Source: Terracidiphilus sp. (lineage in GTDB: Bacteria; Acidobacteriota; Terriglobia; Terriglobales; Acidobacteriaceae). From it: 64,000 bases of DNA. Each line of letters begins with the position of its first letter. Position 1 is the first letter of the stretch. Under the pieces are notes generated by a model. The model made no database searches and had not been told where the DNA came from. It worked only from the letters and a program-made list of their open reading frames with translations. Of the stretch, positions 18,721-27,285 are shown piece by piece. The translations under genes and the position numbers were made by a program. The stretch lies in assembly GCA_036488735.1 (NCBI GenBank), contig DASXHC010000031.1, forward strand, positions 27,479-91,478. Reading direction: 5' to 3'.

Positions 18721-19443
18721 GTGGCGGATTTTTCACAGATGAATTTCTTGCAGATGCATGAGCGCCTCCGCCTGGAGCTATTACGCAGGATTCAGCGCGG
18801 TTCACTCAGCGTCTCATTGCTGGCAAGACAAACAGGGTTTGGCCAGTCTCATCTCTCTAACTTCCTGCACAATCGGCGACAACTTTCGTTGGAAGCGATG
18901 GACCGGGTACTTACCGCTCAACATATCGCTACTTCCGATTTACTTCCCGCGCAATCGAAGGCACCCGACTTCCTGCGTAATGGGGATGAATCCCAGGTCC
19001 CCCTCGTTTCGCACAATTCGGCGCTCTTTGAACCCTACATCCGTCCATCCGCGGTGCGCATGATGTTACGCTTTCCCCATGCCGTGCTCGAGTCTGCGCG
19101 GGCCCGAGCCTCCAATCATCGGCGTAACTGGCAGCGCTTTGTCGCTGTTTCGGTTGCGGCAGCTGATGCACTGCCTATGGAACCTCTCGTCTTTCCAGAT
19201 GCAATTGTGCTCATCGATCGACACTATAACTCGCTGATCGCCTACCGGCCGAACCGGCCCAATCTCTACGCAGTTCGAAATGGAAACCACCTCGATTTGC
19301 GCTATCTCGACTTTCTTCTCAATCGCCTCGTGCTGCGACCGCACAACATAGCATTTCCAATCGAATTGCTCGAACTGGGGCCAGGGGAGACACCAGCCGA
19401 TTTGATCGTGGGCCGCGTCGCGCTCATCCTGAATGAACTTTAG
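18721..19443 (+). CDS. XRE-type HTH repressor fused to a degenerate peptidase-S24 (LexA/CI-like) domain
   Basis: HTH reads LLARQTGFGQSHLSNFLHNRRQLSLEAMDRV. The C-terminal segment ...ALPMEPLVFPDAIVLID...GRVALIL resembles the S24 GDSMEP/GD.V.VD/GRV pattern, but Ser is replaced and the whole C-terminal half contains no Lys. Start is uncertain: GTG 18721, ATG 18739 or ATG 18754. Confidence 0.7.
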   Translation: MADFSQMNFLQMHERLRLELLRRIQRGSLSVSLLARQTGFGQSHLSNFLHNRRQLSLEAMDRVLTAQHIATSDLLPAQSKAPDFLRNGDESQVPLVSHNSALFEPYIRPSAVRMMLRFPHAVLESARARASNHRRNWQRFVAVSVAAADALPMEPLVFPDAIVLIDRHYNSLIAYRPNRPNLYAVRNGNHLDLRYLDFLLNRLVLRPHNIAFPIELLELGPGETPADLIVGRVALILNEL

Positions 19444-19655
19444 GCCTGGCCCAACCACTCTGCCCGCGACTCGGCGGGCAGCGACCTGAACTTTGGCTTA
19501 ACTCAGGCTCCCTACAACTAGGGTGTTAGTCCCTCTCAACAAAGTATCTGGAAGAACGCTTTCGTGGCATTTCCTGCCCACTCGTGGTCTGTCTAGGATT
19601 TGAATATTCGCGAGAATCGTTCGGAAATCTGAGCATCCCCGCTGAAAGGCCCGTC

Positions 19656-20087
19656 ATGCACATTTGCCAACAGACTTATTCAGGTGCTTCCCGGAGGATC
19701 GAAGTGTCATCTACGCATTCCTCGAACGCCGATGGATCAGGTGCATTTGGTACTCCTGGCGCGCCCGGCTGGGCTGAACGCAGTAGAGCGGCGTCGAATC
19801 CTGCTATATCCAATCAGGCCATCAGGGATTATGCACACGATCCGCATTACTTCGTTCGGGTCGCAGTCGCAAAGAACCCGGCTGCCACAGACGTTCTCCT
19901 GTCTTTGCTGGCTGCCGATCAAAGCCGCCTGGTCCGTGCGTCCGTAGCTTTCAATCCCAATGTCAGTCTCGATCTCTTCGCTGTGCTTCAACGGGACTCA
20001 GACTTCTGGGTACGCCAGGCTGCACGAGAAAACTTCGAACGCGTCCTGACGGGGAGTTCGGCAGAGGGCACTGAAATTGCTGCTTAG
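19656..20087 (+). CDS. leucine-rich-repeat-variant / HEAT-like repeat protein
   Basis: Repeats of the form D.....VR.AVA.NP: DPHYFVRVAVAKNPAA, DQSRLVRASVAFNPNV, DSDFWVRQAAREN. The ATG at 19656 follows GAAAGG. Confidence 0.6.
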   Translation: MHICQQTYSGASRRIEVSSTHSSNADGSGAFGTPGAPGWAERSRAASNPAISNQAIRDYAHDPHYFVRVAVAKNPAATDVLLSLLAADQSRLVRASVAFNPNVSLDLFAVLQRDSDFWVRQAARENFERVLTGSSAEGTEIAA

Positions 20088-20163
20088 TGCTTGATCGATT
20101 CAAACCTGTTCAGCCGAATTGAAAGTAAACGCGGAAATGCGGCTGAACCATGGGGATATATAA

Positions 20164-20316
20164 ATGCATCTCAGCCTGGTCTCGTTGATTCGGAGTGGTG
20201 TCGTACAAGCGGTCATCATAACCGCCGGAGCCGCTGTGCTAATCGCATGTTGCGTGTGCTGCACCAACTGCCGTTGTCGAGCCAAAGATTCCATCTTTCG
20301 CCGCGACTGGGTTTAG
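20164..20316 (+). CDS. possible 50-aa Cys-rich single-pass membrane peptide (below the ORF-track length cut-off)
   Basis: The ATG follows GGGGATATATAA. Translation is MHLSLVSLIRSGVVQAVIITAGAAVLIACCVCCTNCRCRAKDSIFRRDWV, one hydrophobic helix followed by 7 Cys in 11 residues. I have no homology evidence. Confidence 0.25.
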   Translation: MHLSLVSLIRSGVVQAVIITAGAAVLIACCVCCTNCRCRAKDSIFRRDWV

Positions 20317-20367
20317 TTCCCTGCCGCCCGCTGGCACTCGCGTCGTTTCTCCCTGCAGCCGTTTCGG

Positions 20368-21756
20368 CTATACGTCGTGCGCCTGTTCGGGATTTTCAAA
20401 ACGCGTGAAGTGCGAAATGAAATTCAAATGGATCGTTTCTGTCGGGCCGTTGCGCTGCTTGGCGATAATGATTTCCGACTTGGCCTTATCGGCTTCAGAC
20501 ATTTCCTCGGTGCGGTTGTAATATGCCTCGCGGTGAATAAAAGCCACCACGTCCGCATCTTGTTCAATCGAGCCCGATTCGCGTAGATCGCTAAGCAGGG
20601 GGCGCTTGTCGTCGCCGCGCCGTTCGCTCGATCGCGATAGCTGCGAAAGCGCCACCACCGGTACTTCGAGTTCCTTCGCCAGCGCCTTGAGACCCCGCGA
20701 GATGGCAGAGACTTCCTGGGTGCGATTCTCATAACGCTTGCCGCCGGCCGAAGGCAGCGTAGCCGACATCAATTGCAGGTAGTCGACCATCACCAGGTCC
20801 AGTTTGCCCACCGTCTGCTTCAGCCGCCGCGCCTTGGCGCGCATCTCCGCCAGGGAAATGCCCGCCGTGTCATCGATGAAAAGCTGCGACTCGACCAGGT
20901 CGTTCAACGCCTTTTGCAACTTGTCGTGGTCTTCCTTGCGAATGAAGCCGGTTTGCAATTTGCGCTGATCAACCCAGGCCTGCGACGCCAGCATGCGTCG
21001 CAGCAGCGACTCCTTGCTCATTTCAAGGCTGAAGACGGCCACAACCGCACCATGGTTGACCGCCGCATTCTGGCAGATATTCACCGCGAAAGCCGTTTTA
21101 CCCATCGATGGACGAGCGGCGATGATGATCAGCTCGCCCTTCTGAAAGCCGCTGGTGCAGCGGTCGAGCGCATAGAAATCAGTGGCGAGGCCGGTCACCT
21201 CCCGGCTCTGCTGATACAGATTGTCAATGGTTCCGAAGGAGCCCGCCACGATCTGGTCGAGGCTCTGGAACCCGCCGCTCAAGCCTCTCTGGCTCACATT
21301 CAGCAGATCCTGTTCCGCGGATCCAATCACCTCCAGCGCGCTCTCGGTCTGGTCGGCAGCGCGCGCGATGGCGGCTGAGCAGATCATCATGAGCCGGCGC
21401 AACAGGCTCTTGTCCTTGACGATCTTGATGTACTCCTCGATCACCGGCCGGCGCGGCAATCCCTCCGTGAGCGACGCCAGGTAAGCGACTCCACCCACCG
21501 ATTCAACTTCCTTGTTGCGCGCCAGTTCGTTGGCGAGAGTGACAATGTCGACCGCGCGCTGCTCGTTCATCAACTCGCTCATGCGCATGAAGATGCGGCG
21601 GTGCGAATCGAGCGAGAAGTCTTCTGCTTCGATCTTCTCCGCGGCCTCCGAGTGCGCCGCGTTGTCCAGCAGAATCGCGCCCAGAATCGTTTTTTCCGCG
21701 TCGATATTTGCCGGTAGACCGGTGTCGAATCCGGTCAGGTTGGAGATGGTGGCCAT
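20368..21756 (-). CDS. dnaB: replicative DNA helicase DnaB
   Basis: N-terminus IDAEKTILGAILLDN, Walker A ARPSMGKTAF, Walker B VMVDYLQLM, and ISRGLKALAKELEVPVVALSQLSR. 462 aa. Confidence 0.97.
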   Translation of the reverse strand: MATISNLTGFDTGLPANIDAEKTILGAILLDNAAHSEAAEKIEAEDFSLDSHRRIFMRMSELMNEQRAVDIVTLANELARNKEVESVGGVAYLASLTEGLPRRPVIEEYIKIVKDKSLLRRLMMICSAAIARAADQTESALEVIGSAEQDLLNVSQRGLSGGFQSLDQIVAGSFGTIDNLYQQSREVTGLATDFYALDRCTSGFQKGELIIIAARPSMGKTAFAVNICQNAAVNHGAVVAVFSLEMSKESLLRRMLASQAWVDQRKLQTGFIRKEDHDKLQKALNDLVESQLFIDDTAGISLAEMRAKARRLKQTVGKLDLVMVDYLQLMSATLPSAGGKRYENRTQEVSAISRGLKALAKELEVPVVALSQLSRSSERRGDDKRPLLSDLRESGSIEQDADVVAFIHREAYYNRTEEMSEADKAKSEIIIAKQRNGPTETIHLNFISHFTRFENPEQAHDV

Positions 21757-21872
21757 GCATTCAGTGTAGGTGGATTGGGACTCGGAAGGGTGGTGTGGAT
21801 TGCCGCTCGGATGTGTGGAGAATCCGCCCGATCAATGCAGGCGGTCCGCTCTGCCTAAGCGCAGGCAACCAC

Positions 21873-21919
21873 AAAAATCCCCACATCTATCCACGTAACC
21901 ATTGATAGATGTGGGATTT
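21873..21919 (-). terminator. rho-independent terminator after gcvPB
   Basis: On the minus strand: AAATCCCACATCTATC - 12-13-nt loop - GATAGATGTGGGGAT followed by TTTTTGTGG. About 14 bp of stem with one bulged base, starting 27 nt after the gcvPB stop. Confidence 0.7.
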
Positions 21920-21945
21920 AATGAACACTGCAATCGCCCGCTGCT

Positions 21946-23520
21946 TTACGCCGTGGGCTTGTTCTCCGGCTCGCCGCGCAAAGGCTCGGCGGGTGCGGCA
22001 GCCGTCTGATTCGGCTTCCAGCGCAAAATTGGTTTCCGCGCCGCGGTCACCTCATCCAATCGTGAAACACGCGTCGAGTGCGGTGCCGTCTTCACCAGTT
22101 CCGGCGTCTCTTCCACTTCCTTCGCAATCGACCGCATGGCCTCGATGAACAAATCCAGTTCCTCAACCGACTCGCTCTCCGTAGGCTCGATCATCAGCGC
22201 TCCCGGCACGATCAGCGGGAAGCTCACCGTGTAGGGATGGAACCCATAGTCAATCAAGCGTTTGGCAATGTCGCCAGTCTTCACGCCCTTCGCTGCCTGC
22301 CGCTTGTCGCTGAACACGACCTCGTGCATCGACGGCGTTTTGTACGGCAATTCGTACAGGTCTTCCAGCTTCTTGCGGATGTAGTTGGCGTTGAGCACCG
22401 CGTCTTCCGTGGTCTGGCGCAGGCCGTCCGGTCCGTTGGCCAGGATGTAAGCCAGCGCTCGGATGAACATGCCGGTGTTGCCGTAAAAAGCGCGCACGCG
22501 GCCCACCGATTGCGGCCGGTTGTAATCCCAGTGCTTCGCACCCTCTTTATCCTGGACCAGCACAGGGGTGGGGAGAAACGGCTCCAGGAATTTCTTGCAC
22601 GCCACAGGCCCCGAGCCCGGTCCGCCGCCGCCATGAGGCGTCGAGAACGTCTTGTGCAGGTTCAGATGCATCACGTCCACGCCGAAGTCGCCCGGGCGCA
22701 CTTTGCCCACCAGCGCATTCATGTTGGCGCCGTCCATGTAGAGCAGCGCGCCCTTGGCGTGCAGAATGTCGGCGATCTTGTGAATCTGGTTCTCGAACAC
22801 GCCGATGGTCGAGGGATTGGTCAACATCAGCGCCGCCGTGTTTTCGTCAACCTGGCGGGCGAGGGCTTCGAGATCGATGCCGCCGTCGGCGTTCGATTTC
22901 AGATTCTCCACCTGGTAGCCGCAGATGGCCGCCGTCGCAGGATTCGTGCCATGCGCGGAGTCGGGAATCAGCACCTTCTTGCGCGCATTGCCCTGCGACT
23001 CGTGCCACGCCCGCACCAACAGGATGCCGGTGAACTCGCCATGCGCGCCGGCCGCGGGCTGCAGCGTAATCGTGTCCATCCCGGTGATGTCGATCAGGCA
23101 ACGCTGCAGCAGGTCGATGACTTCGAGGACACCCTGCGCCAGCGAGTCGGGCCGGTACGGATGCGCCTCGGCCAGGCCTTCAATGCGGGCCACAAACTCG
23201 TTCACGCGCGGGTTGTACTTCATGGTGCAGGATCCCAGCGGATACATGCCGAGGTCGATGGCGTAGTTCCACGTGGAGAGCCGTGTGAAGTGGCGAATGA
23301 TCTCGATCTCGCTCAACTCCGGAAGCATTCCGGGCGTCTGCCGGTGCGTGTCGCCCAACAACGCGGCCGCATCCACGGCGGGCACATCGAGCGGCGGCAT
23401 CTTATAAGCCCGCTTGCCGGGCGAGGACTTCTCAAAGACCAGCCCTTCGTTCTGGGTCTGGTGAGGGCGAACTTTCCCCGTCGTGCGAGGACCGGTGTGA
23501 TTTTGTGAATTCGTCGCCAT
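21946..23520 (-). CDS. gcvPB: glycine dehydrogenase (decarboxylating) subunit 2
   Basis: The ATG at 23520 (MATNSQ...) lies 2 nt after the gcvPA stop. PLP region reads MHLNLHKTFSTPHGGGGPGSGP. The upstream 56 codons of ORF 21946..23688 overlap gcvPA and are rejected. Confidence 0.95.
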   Translation of the reverse strand: MATNSQNHTGPRTTGKVRPHQTQNEGLVFEKSSPGKRAYKMPPLDVPAVDAAALLGDTHRQTPGMLPELSEIEIIRHFTRLSTWNYAIDLGMYPLGSCTMKYNPRVNEFVARIEGLAEAHPYRPDSLAQGVLEVIDLLQRCLIDITGMDTITLQPAAGAHGEFTGILLVRAWHESQGNARKKVLIPDSAHGTNPATAAICGYQVENLKSNADGGIDLEALARQVDENTAALMLTNPSTIGVFENQIHKIADILHAKGALLYMDGANMNALVGKVRPGDFGVDVMHLNLHKTFSTPHGGGGPGSGPVACKKFLEPFLPTPVLVQDKEGAKHWDYNRPQSVGRVRAFYGNTGMFIRALAYILANGPDGLRQTTEDAVLNANYIRKKLEDLYELPYKTPSMHEVVFSDKRQAAKGVKTGDIAKRLIDYGFHPYTVSFPLIVPGALMIEPTESESVEELDLFIEAMRSIAKEVEETPELVKTAPHSTRVSRLDEVTAARKPILRWKPNQTAAAPAEPLRGEPENKPTA

Positions 23521-23522
23521 GC

Positions 23523-24872
23523 TTATGCCTCCACCAGCCCCGCTGCCAATACCTGCGCCGCGGTATCGATCTGCTCGCGTGTGACCATCTCTGTCGCACA
23601 CCACAGCGTTGCATTCCCCAGTTCCGGATACCAGCGGCTTAGTTCGATACCACCGACGATCTTGTTCTCGAGCAGTCGCTTGCTCCACAGCGCCGGAGAT
23701 TCTTCCGTCTGCAGCACGAACTCATGGAAGCGCGGCGCGCCATTGAACAGAAGCTTCGCGCCATGCTGGTGGCTCAACGTCTCCGCCGCATACGCAGCCT
23801 TGGCCAGGTTGTGCTCGGCCAGTTCACGAACGCCTTCCTTCCCATACACAGTGAGAAAGATGGTTGCCATCAATGCCACCAGTGCCTGGTTGGTGCAGAT
23901 ATTTGAAGTCGCCTTCTCACGCCGTATGTGCTGCTCGCGCGTCGAGAGCGTGAGCACAAATCCGCGATTGCCGTCATGATCCGTAGTCTGACCCACGAGC
24001 CTTCCGGGCATCTGGCGCAAGTACTTTTCTTTGGCCGCAATCACGCCGCAAAACGGCCCGCCGTAGCTCAATGCCACTCCGAACGACTGCGCTTCCATGC
24101 TCACGATGTCGGCTTCTACAGGCGGACGCACTACGCCCAGCGAAACGGCCTCTGCAATCGAAACGATAAGCAGCGCCCCCTTGGCGTGAGCGATCTGCGC
24201 AATGGCAGGAATATCTTCGATGACGCCGAAGAAATTCGGGCTTTGCACCAGCACTGCCGCAGTCTCGCTGGTAACCGATTCTTCGAGCCCGGCAAGATCG
24301 ACGCGGCCGGTCTTCCTGTCGTAACCCACCAGGGTCGTCGGCAAGCCCTGGTGCTTCGCATAAGTTGCCAGTACTTCGCGGTACTCGGGATGCACGCTGG
24401 TGGCAACGACGGCCTTGTGGCGGCCGGTCACGCGCACCGCCATCATCACCGCCTCGGCCGCGCCCGTCGAACCGTCGTACATGCTGGCGTTGGCCACGTC
24501 CATGCCCGTAAGTTCCGCGATCATGGTCTGGAACTCGAAGATCGCCTGCAGCGTGCCTTGCGTGATCTCCGCCTGGTAGGGCGTATAGCTGGTCAGAAAT
24601 TCGCCGCGCTGCACCAACGAATCGATGATGACCGGGCGATAGTGGCGATAGGCGCCCGCACCCAGAAAGCTGGCATAGTCGGTAGCGTTCTTCTGCGCCG
24701 CGGCGCGGAAATAATTGATGATCTCGCTTTCGGCCTGCTGGCGCGGCACATCCAGATCGCGGGTCAGGCGGTACTCTGCGGGAATGGTTGAGAACAGGTC
24801 GTCAATCGACGACACACCGATCTCCGCCAGCATTTGTTCGCGTTCCGCGGGAGACTTGGGTAAATAGCGCAT
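23523..24872 (-). CDS. gcvPA: glycine dehydrogenase (decarboxylating) subunit 1
   Basis: [20 protein letters not shown]... is the canonical GcvPA N-terminus. 449 aa. Confidence 0.95.
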   Translation of the reverse strand: MRYLPKSPAEREQMLAEIGVSSIDDLFSTIPAEYRLTRDLDVPRQQAESEIINYFRAAAQKNATDYASFLGAGAYRHYRPVIIDSLVQRGEFLTSYTPYQAEITQGTLQAIFEFQTMIAELTGMDVANASMYDGSTGAAEAVMMAVRVTGRHKAVVATSVHPEYREVLATYAKHQGLPTTLVGYDRKTGRVDLAGLEESVTSETAAVLVQSPNFFGVIEDIPAIAQIAHAKGALLIVSIAEAVSLGVVRPPVEADIVSMEAQSFGVALSYGGPFCGVIAAKEKYLRQMPGRLVGQTTDHDGNRGFVLTLSTREQHIRREKATSNICTNQALVALMATIFLTVYGKEGVRELAEHNLAKAAYAAETLSHQHGAKLLFNGAPRFHEFVLQTEESPALWSKRLLENKIVGGIELSRWYPELGNATLWCATEMVTREQIDTAAQVLAAGLVEA

Positions 24873-24883
24873 ATTTGGCTGTT

Positions 24884-25032
24884 AGCTCCTGGCTTCTAGC
24901 TTCAGGCTGAATGCGGTGCGTCCGGCCTCAGGGCGGCCCGACGAAGTAGGCTTGAAATCAATCGATGCAGCTTTCCAACTTCTCGACGAGCTAGAGACTG
25001 GAAGCTAAAAGCTGTCTCAGCTTCCAGTCTCT
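24884..25032 (-). promoter_or_regulatory. second copy of the bipartite element (left arm 24989-25006, right arm 24884-24901) plus a competing 14-bp perfect hairpin over the gcvH stop (24993-25006 / 25019-25032)
   Basis: Minus-strand left arm is AGCTTCCAGTCTCTAGCT. Right arm AGCTAGAAGCCAGGAGCT lies 13 nt before the gcvPA ATG. The arms pair at 13 WC + 2 G-U of 18. The left arm can alternatively pair perfectly with AGAGACTGGAAGCT, which encodes the last gcvH codons. Confidence 0.4.
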
Positions 25033-25406
25033 TCCGTGACAAACTTCTCGTACGTCGCCGCATCCAGCAGAGCGTCGAACTGAGCCGGATCCGACAACTC
25101 CACCTTGATGATCCAGGTATCGTGCGCCGCGGCGTTGATCTTGTCCGGCTCGTTCTTGAGCACTTCGTTCACTTCGGTCACCGTGCCGCTCACCGGGGAG
25201 TAGAGATCGCTCACAGCCTTCACGCTCTCGACAGAGCCAAAGGTGGTGTTAGCGGTAACAGAATCGCCCACCTTGGGCGCGTCCACGTAAACAATGTCGC
25301 CAAGAGAATTCTGGGCGTAGTCGGTGATGCCAATGGTTCCAATGTTGCCCTCGACCGCGATCCACTCATGCTCGCGGGTGTAGCGGTAGTTTGTGGGGTA
25401 AGCCAT
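25017..25406 (-). CDS. gcvH: glycine cleavage system H protein
   Basis: From the ATG at 25406 (GAGGAGCCTCC upstream): MAYPTNYRYTREHEWI...SVESVKAVSDLYSPVSG, including the lipoyl-Lys motif. Confidence 0.95.
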   Translation of the reverse strand: MAYPTNYRYTREHEWIAVEGNIGTIGITDYAQNSLGDIVYVDAPKVGDSVTANTTFGSVESVKAVSDLYSPVSGTVTEVNEVLKNEPDKINAAAHDTWIIKVELSDPAQFDALLDAATYEKFVTEETGS

Positions 25407-25513
25407 GGAGGCTCCTCGTTCTTGAATTGGCACAACACTTCAGTGTAAGGGGTCTGCCTCTTCGGGGCGAATGCCGGCTGTGCAAGACACAGCCTCGCGA
25501 ACACGCCAGGGGA

Positions 25514-25807
25514 CTATTTCGACGGCCCAAAACCGGGGTACGGTTTCAGTGGAACCAGCGCCAGGATTTCGAGCATTCCGGCCTTGAAGATGGGAAGACT
25601 GTCGAGCGCTTCCCTCACCTCGGCTCCGCTTCCCGCTTCCCACAATATGGATGCCCCCGGCATATCTCCCCGCATCCAGATCTGCCGCAGGATGCCAGCC
25701 GCATACAGTTCCCTGACCCGGTTGCTCTCATGGGCAGAGAGTTCCGGCGTAAAGGCTTCGGGCGGAAAAACATCGGTCCGGCGGCGCGAGAGGGTGAGAA
25801 ATTGCAT
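25514..25807 (-). CDS. muconolactone delta-isomerase-like small protein
   Basis: About 97 aa from the ATG at 25807 (MQFLTLSRRR...). The length and the pattern ...ELYAAGILRQIW...SLPIFKAGMLEI..VPLKPYPGF resemble the MIase family. This assignment is from memory of the family. Confidence 0.55.
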   Translation of the reverse strand: MQFLTLSRRRTDVFPPEAFTPELSAHESNRVRELYAAGILRQIWMRGDMPGASILWEAGSGAEVREALDSLPIFKAGMLEILALVPLKPYPGFGPSK

Positions 25808-25854
25808 ACTCAAATTGTAAGACACCTACTGCTTTCTCATCCCGGATCTATGCC

Positions 25855-27192
25855 CTACTTGTCGAAGAACTCTCCATGTCCCCCGTTAGCCCACGGATCG
25901 TACTGTGCCGCAAAGTTCGCCCGGTTCTTCACCGACGGGTGGTTATAGGTCCAGAACTCAATGAATGGGTTTGGGTTCGGATCCTCGAGCCACGCCTCGC
26001 CCAGGTGGTTGAATCCAGAGACCGCCGTCTTCTGCGGATCGGCCACCAGACCATGAATCGCTTCCTGTCCGTACACATCCGCCTCGTGCTCAAAGTGGCG
26101 GCTAAACGTGTTACCCGCCGGAGCCAGGATGAAACCTGCAATCGACAGCGCAAAGATCAGCGTCAGAAAACCCGCCCGGCTGGCCACCGAGTCGATCTGC
26201 CATTTCGCTCCAAACCGCCTCACGAGCCACCCCGCAAACACTGCGCACGCCCAAAACACAAAAAACAAGCCCACTGCCATGCCGGTCAGCATTTTAGGAA
26301 TGTGATTCAGCACGTAGTGGCCGCTCTCGTGGCCGAAAACAAACAGCACTTCATCGTCGGGCAGCCGGTCGGTCGCCGTATCCCACATCACGAAGCGCTT
26401 CGTGGAGCCCAGCCCGGTCACATACGCGTTCAGGCCGTTGCTCTTCTCACTGGCCTTCATCAGGAACATCCGCTCCGGCGGAATCTGCGTGCCGGTCTTC
26501 GCCACTACCGTTTCAAGTTTCGTGACCAGCGCCGGATGCGTCTTCACCAGAGGTTCGAACTTGTTAAACAACGGATCGATCACAAGGGGTGTAACGAAGA
26601 CCGATATCAAAATGAGCGGCAGCGAAATGAGCCAAAGCCAGAACCAGTAGCGCCGCGGCGATACCCGTACAATCCGGTTGAACAACAGCAGGATCAAGCT
26701 TCCGAAAATCAGGGTGATCGCCAGCGACTTGCCCTGGTCTCCAAACCATCCACCCCATCCCTGTACGCTGATGCCGTAGTGGCGGCTAACCGAGTGGCCG
26801 ATCATGTCGAGCGGCAGCCCCGCAATCTCGGTGATCACAAAAAACGCCGCAAAAAACAGCAGTCCCTGGATCCAGCGCATACGCACCGTGCGCTCCGTCC
26901 AGCGGTTCAATCGAGTCGCCGCCCGCGATGCCAGCAGCCACCACAACACCGCCAGCCCCCAAAGCATCCCCGCAATGTCGAGGGTCAGGCGAATCTTATT
27001 CAGCGTGATTGCCTTGGCCAATTTGTCGGGGGGCAGCGAATAGGCCTGCTCCGTATGCGGCTGCGGCTGAGCGGTTTGCGGCGCCGGTTGAGTTGGCCCT
27101 GGCGCTGCCTGCGCACTGCCAACCCTGGCCCACAAACCCAGGATCACGATGACAATCGAACCAATAACTCGAAAGCGGGACGTAAACCCCAT
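25855..27192 (-). CDS. membrane M48-family zinc metallopeptidase (Ste24/HtpX-like)
   Basis: HESGHYVLNH (HExxH) and a downstream HEADVYG, with multiple TM helices. I prefer the ATG at 27192 (AAGGGAGAAACTC upstream). The track start at 27228 is TTG. Confidence 0.85.
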   Translation of the reverse strand: MGFTSRFRVIGSIVIVILGLWARVGSAQAAPGPTQPAPQTAQPQPHTEQAYSLPPDKLAKAITLNKIRLTLDIAGMLWGLAVLWWLLASRAATRLNRWTERTVRMRWIQGLLFFAAFFVITEIAGLPLDMIGHSVSRHYGISVQGWGGWFGDQGKSLAITLIFGSLILLLFNRIVRVSPRRYWFWLWLISLPLILISVFVTPLVIDPLFNKFEPLVKTHPALVTKLETVVAKTGTQIPPERMFLMKASEKSNGLNAYVTGLGSTKRFVMWDTATDRLPDDEVLFVFGHESGHYVLNHIPKMLTGMAVGLFFVFWACAVFAGWLVRRFGAKWQIDSVASRAGFLTLIFALSIAGFILAPAGNTFSRHFEHEADVYGQEAIHGLVADPQKTAVSGFNHLGEAWLEDPNPNPFIEFWTYNHPSVKNRANFAAQYDPWANGGHGEFFDK

Positions 27193-27285
27193 GAGTTTCT
27201 CCCTTATGTGCGACATATTCTGAGACAATCGGGAATACCGATGGATTTATATGGATTTTTCCCTTTGAAGCCTCAGGTGTCCCGG

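Noticed and set aside
22078-23508. 476-aa plus-strand ORF
   Set aside because: It is antisense to gcvPB, with an Arg/His/Val-rich artefact composition.
25407-25513. Possible glycine riboswitch in front of gcvH
   Set aside because: The minus-strand leader contains CCCCGAAGAGGCAG, which is vaguely like the ACCGAAGGGGCAA core. I cannot find the GGAGAG P1 or the CUCAGG...GGAC elements. The region is short and lies downstream of another gene. A covariance-model scan (Rfam RF00504) would settle it.
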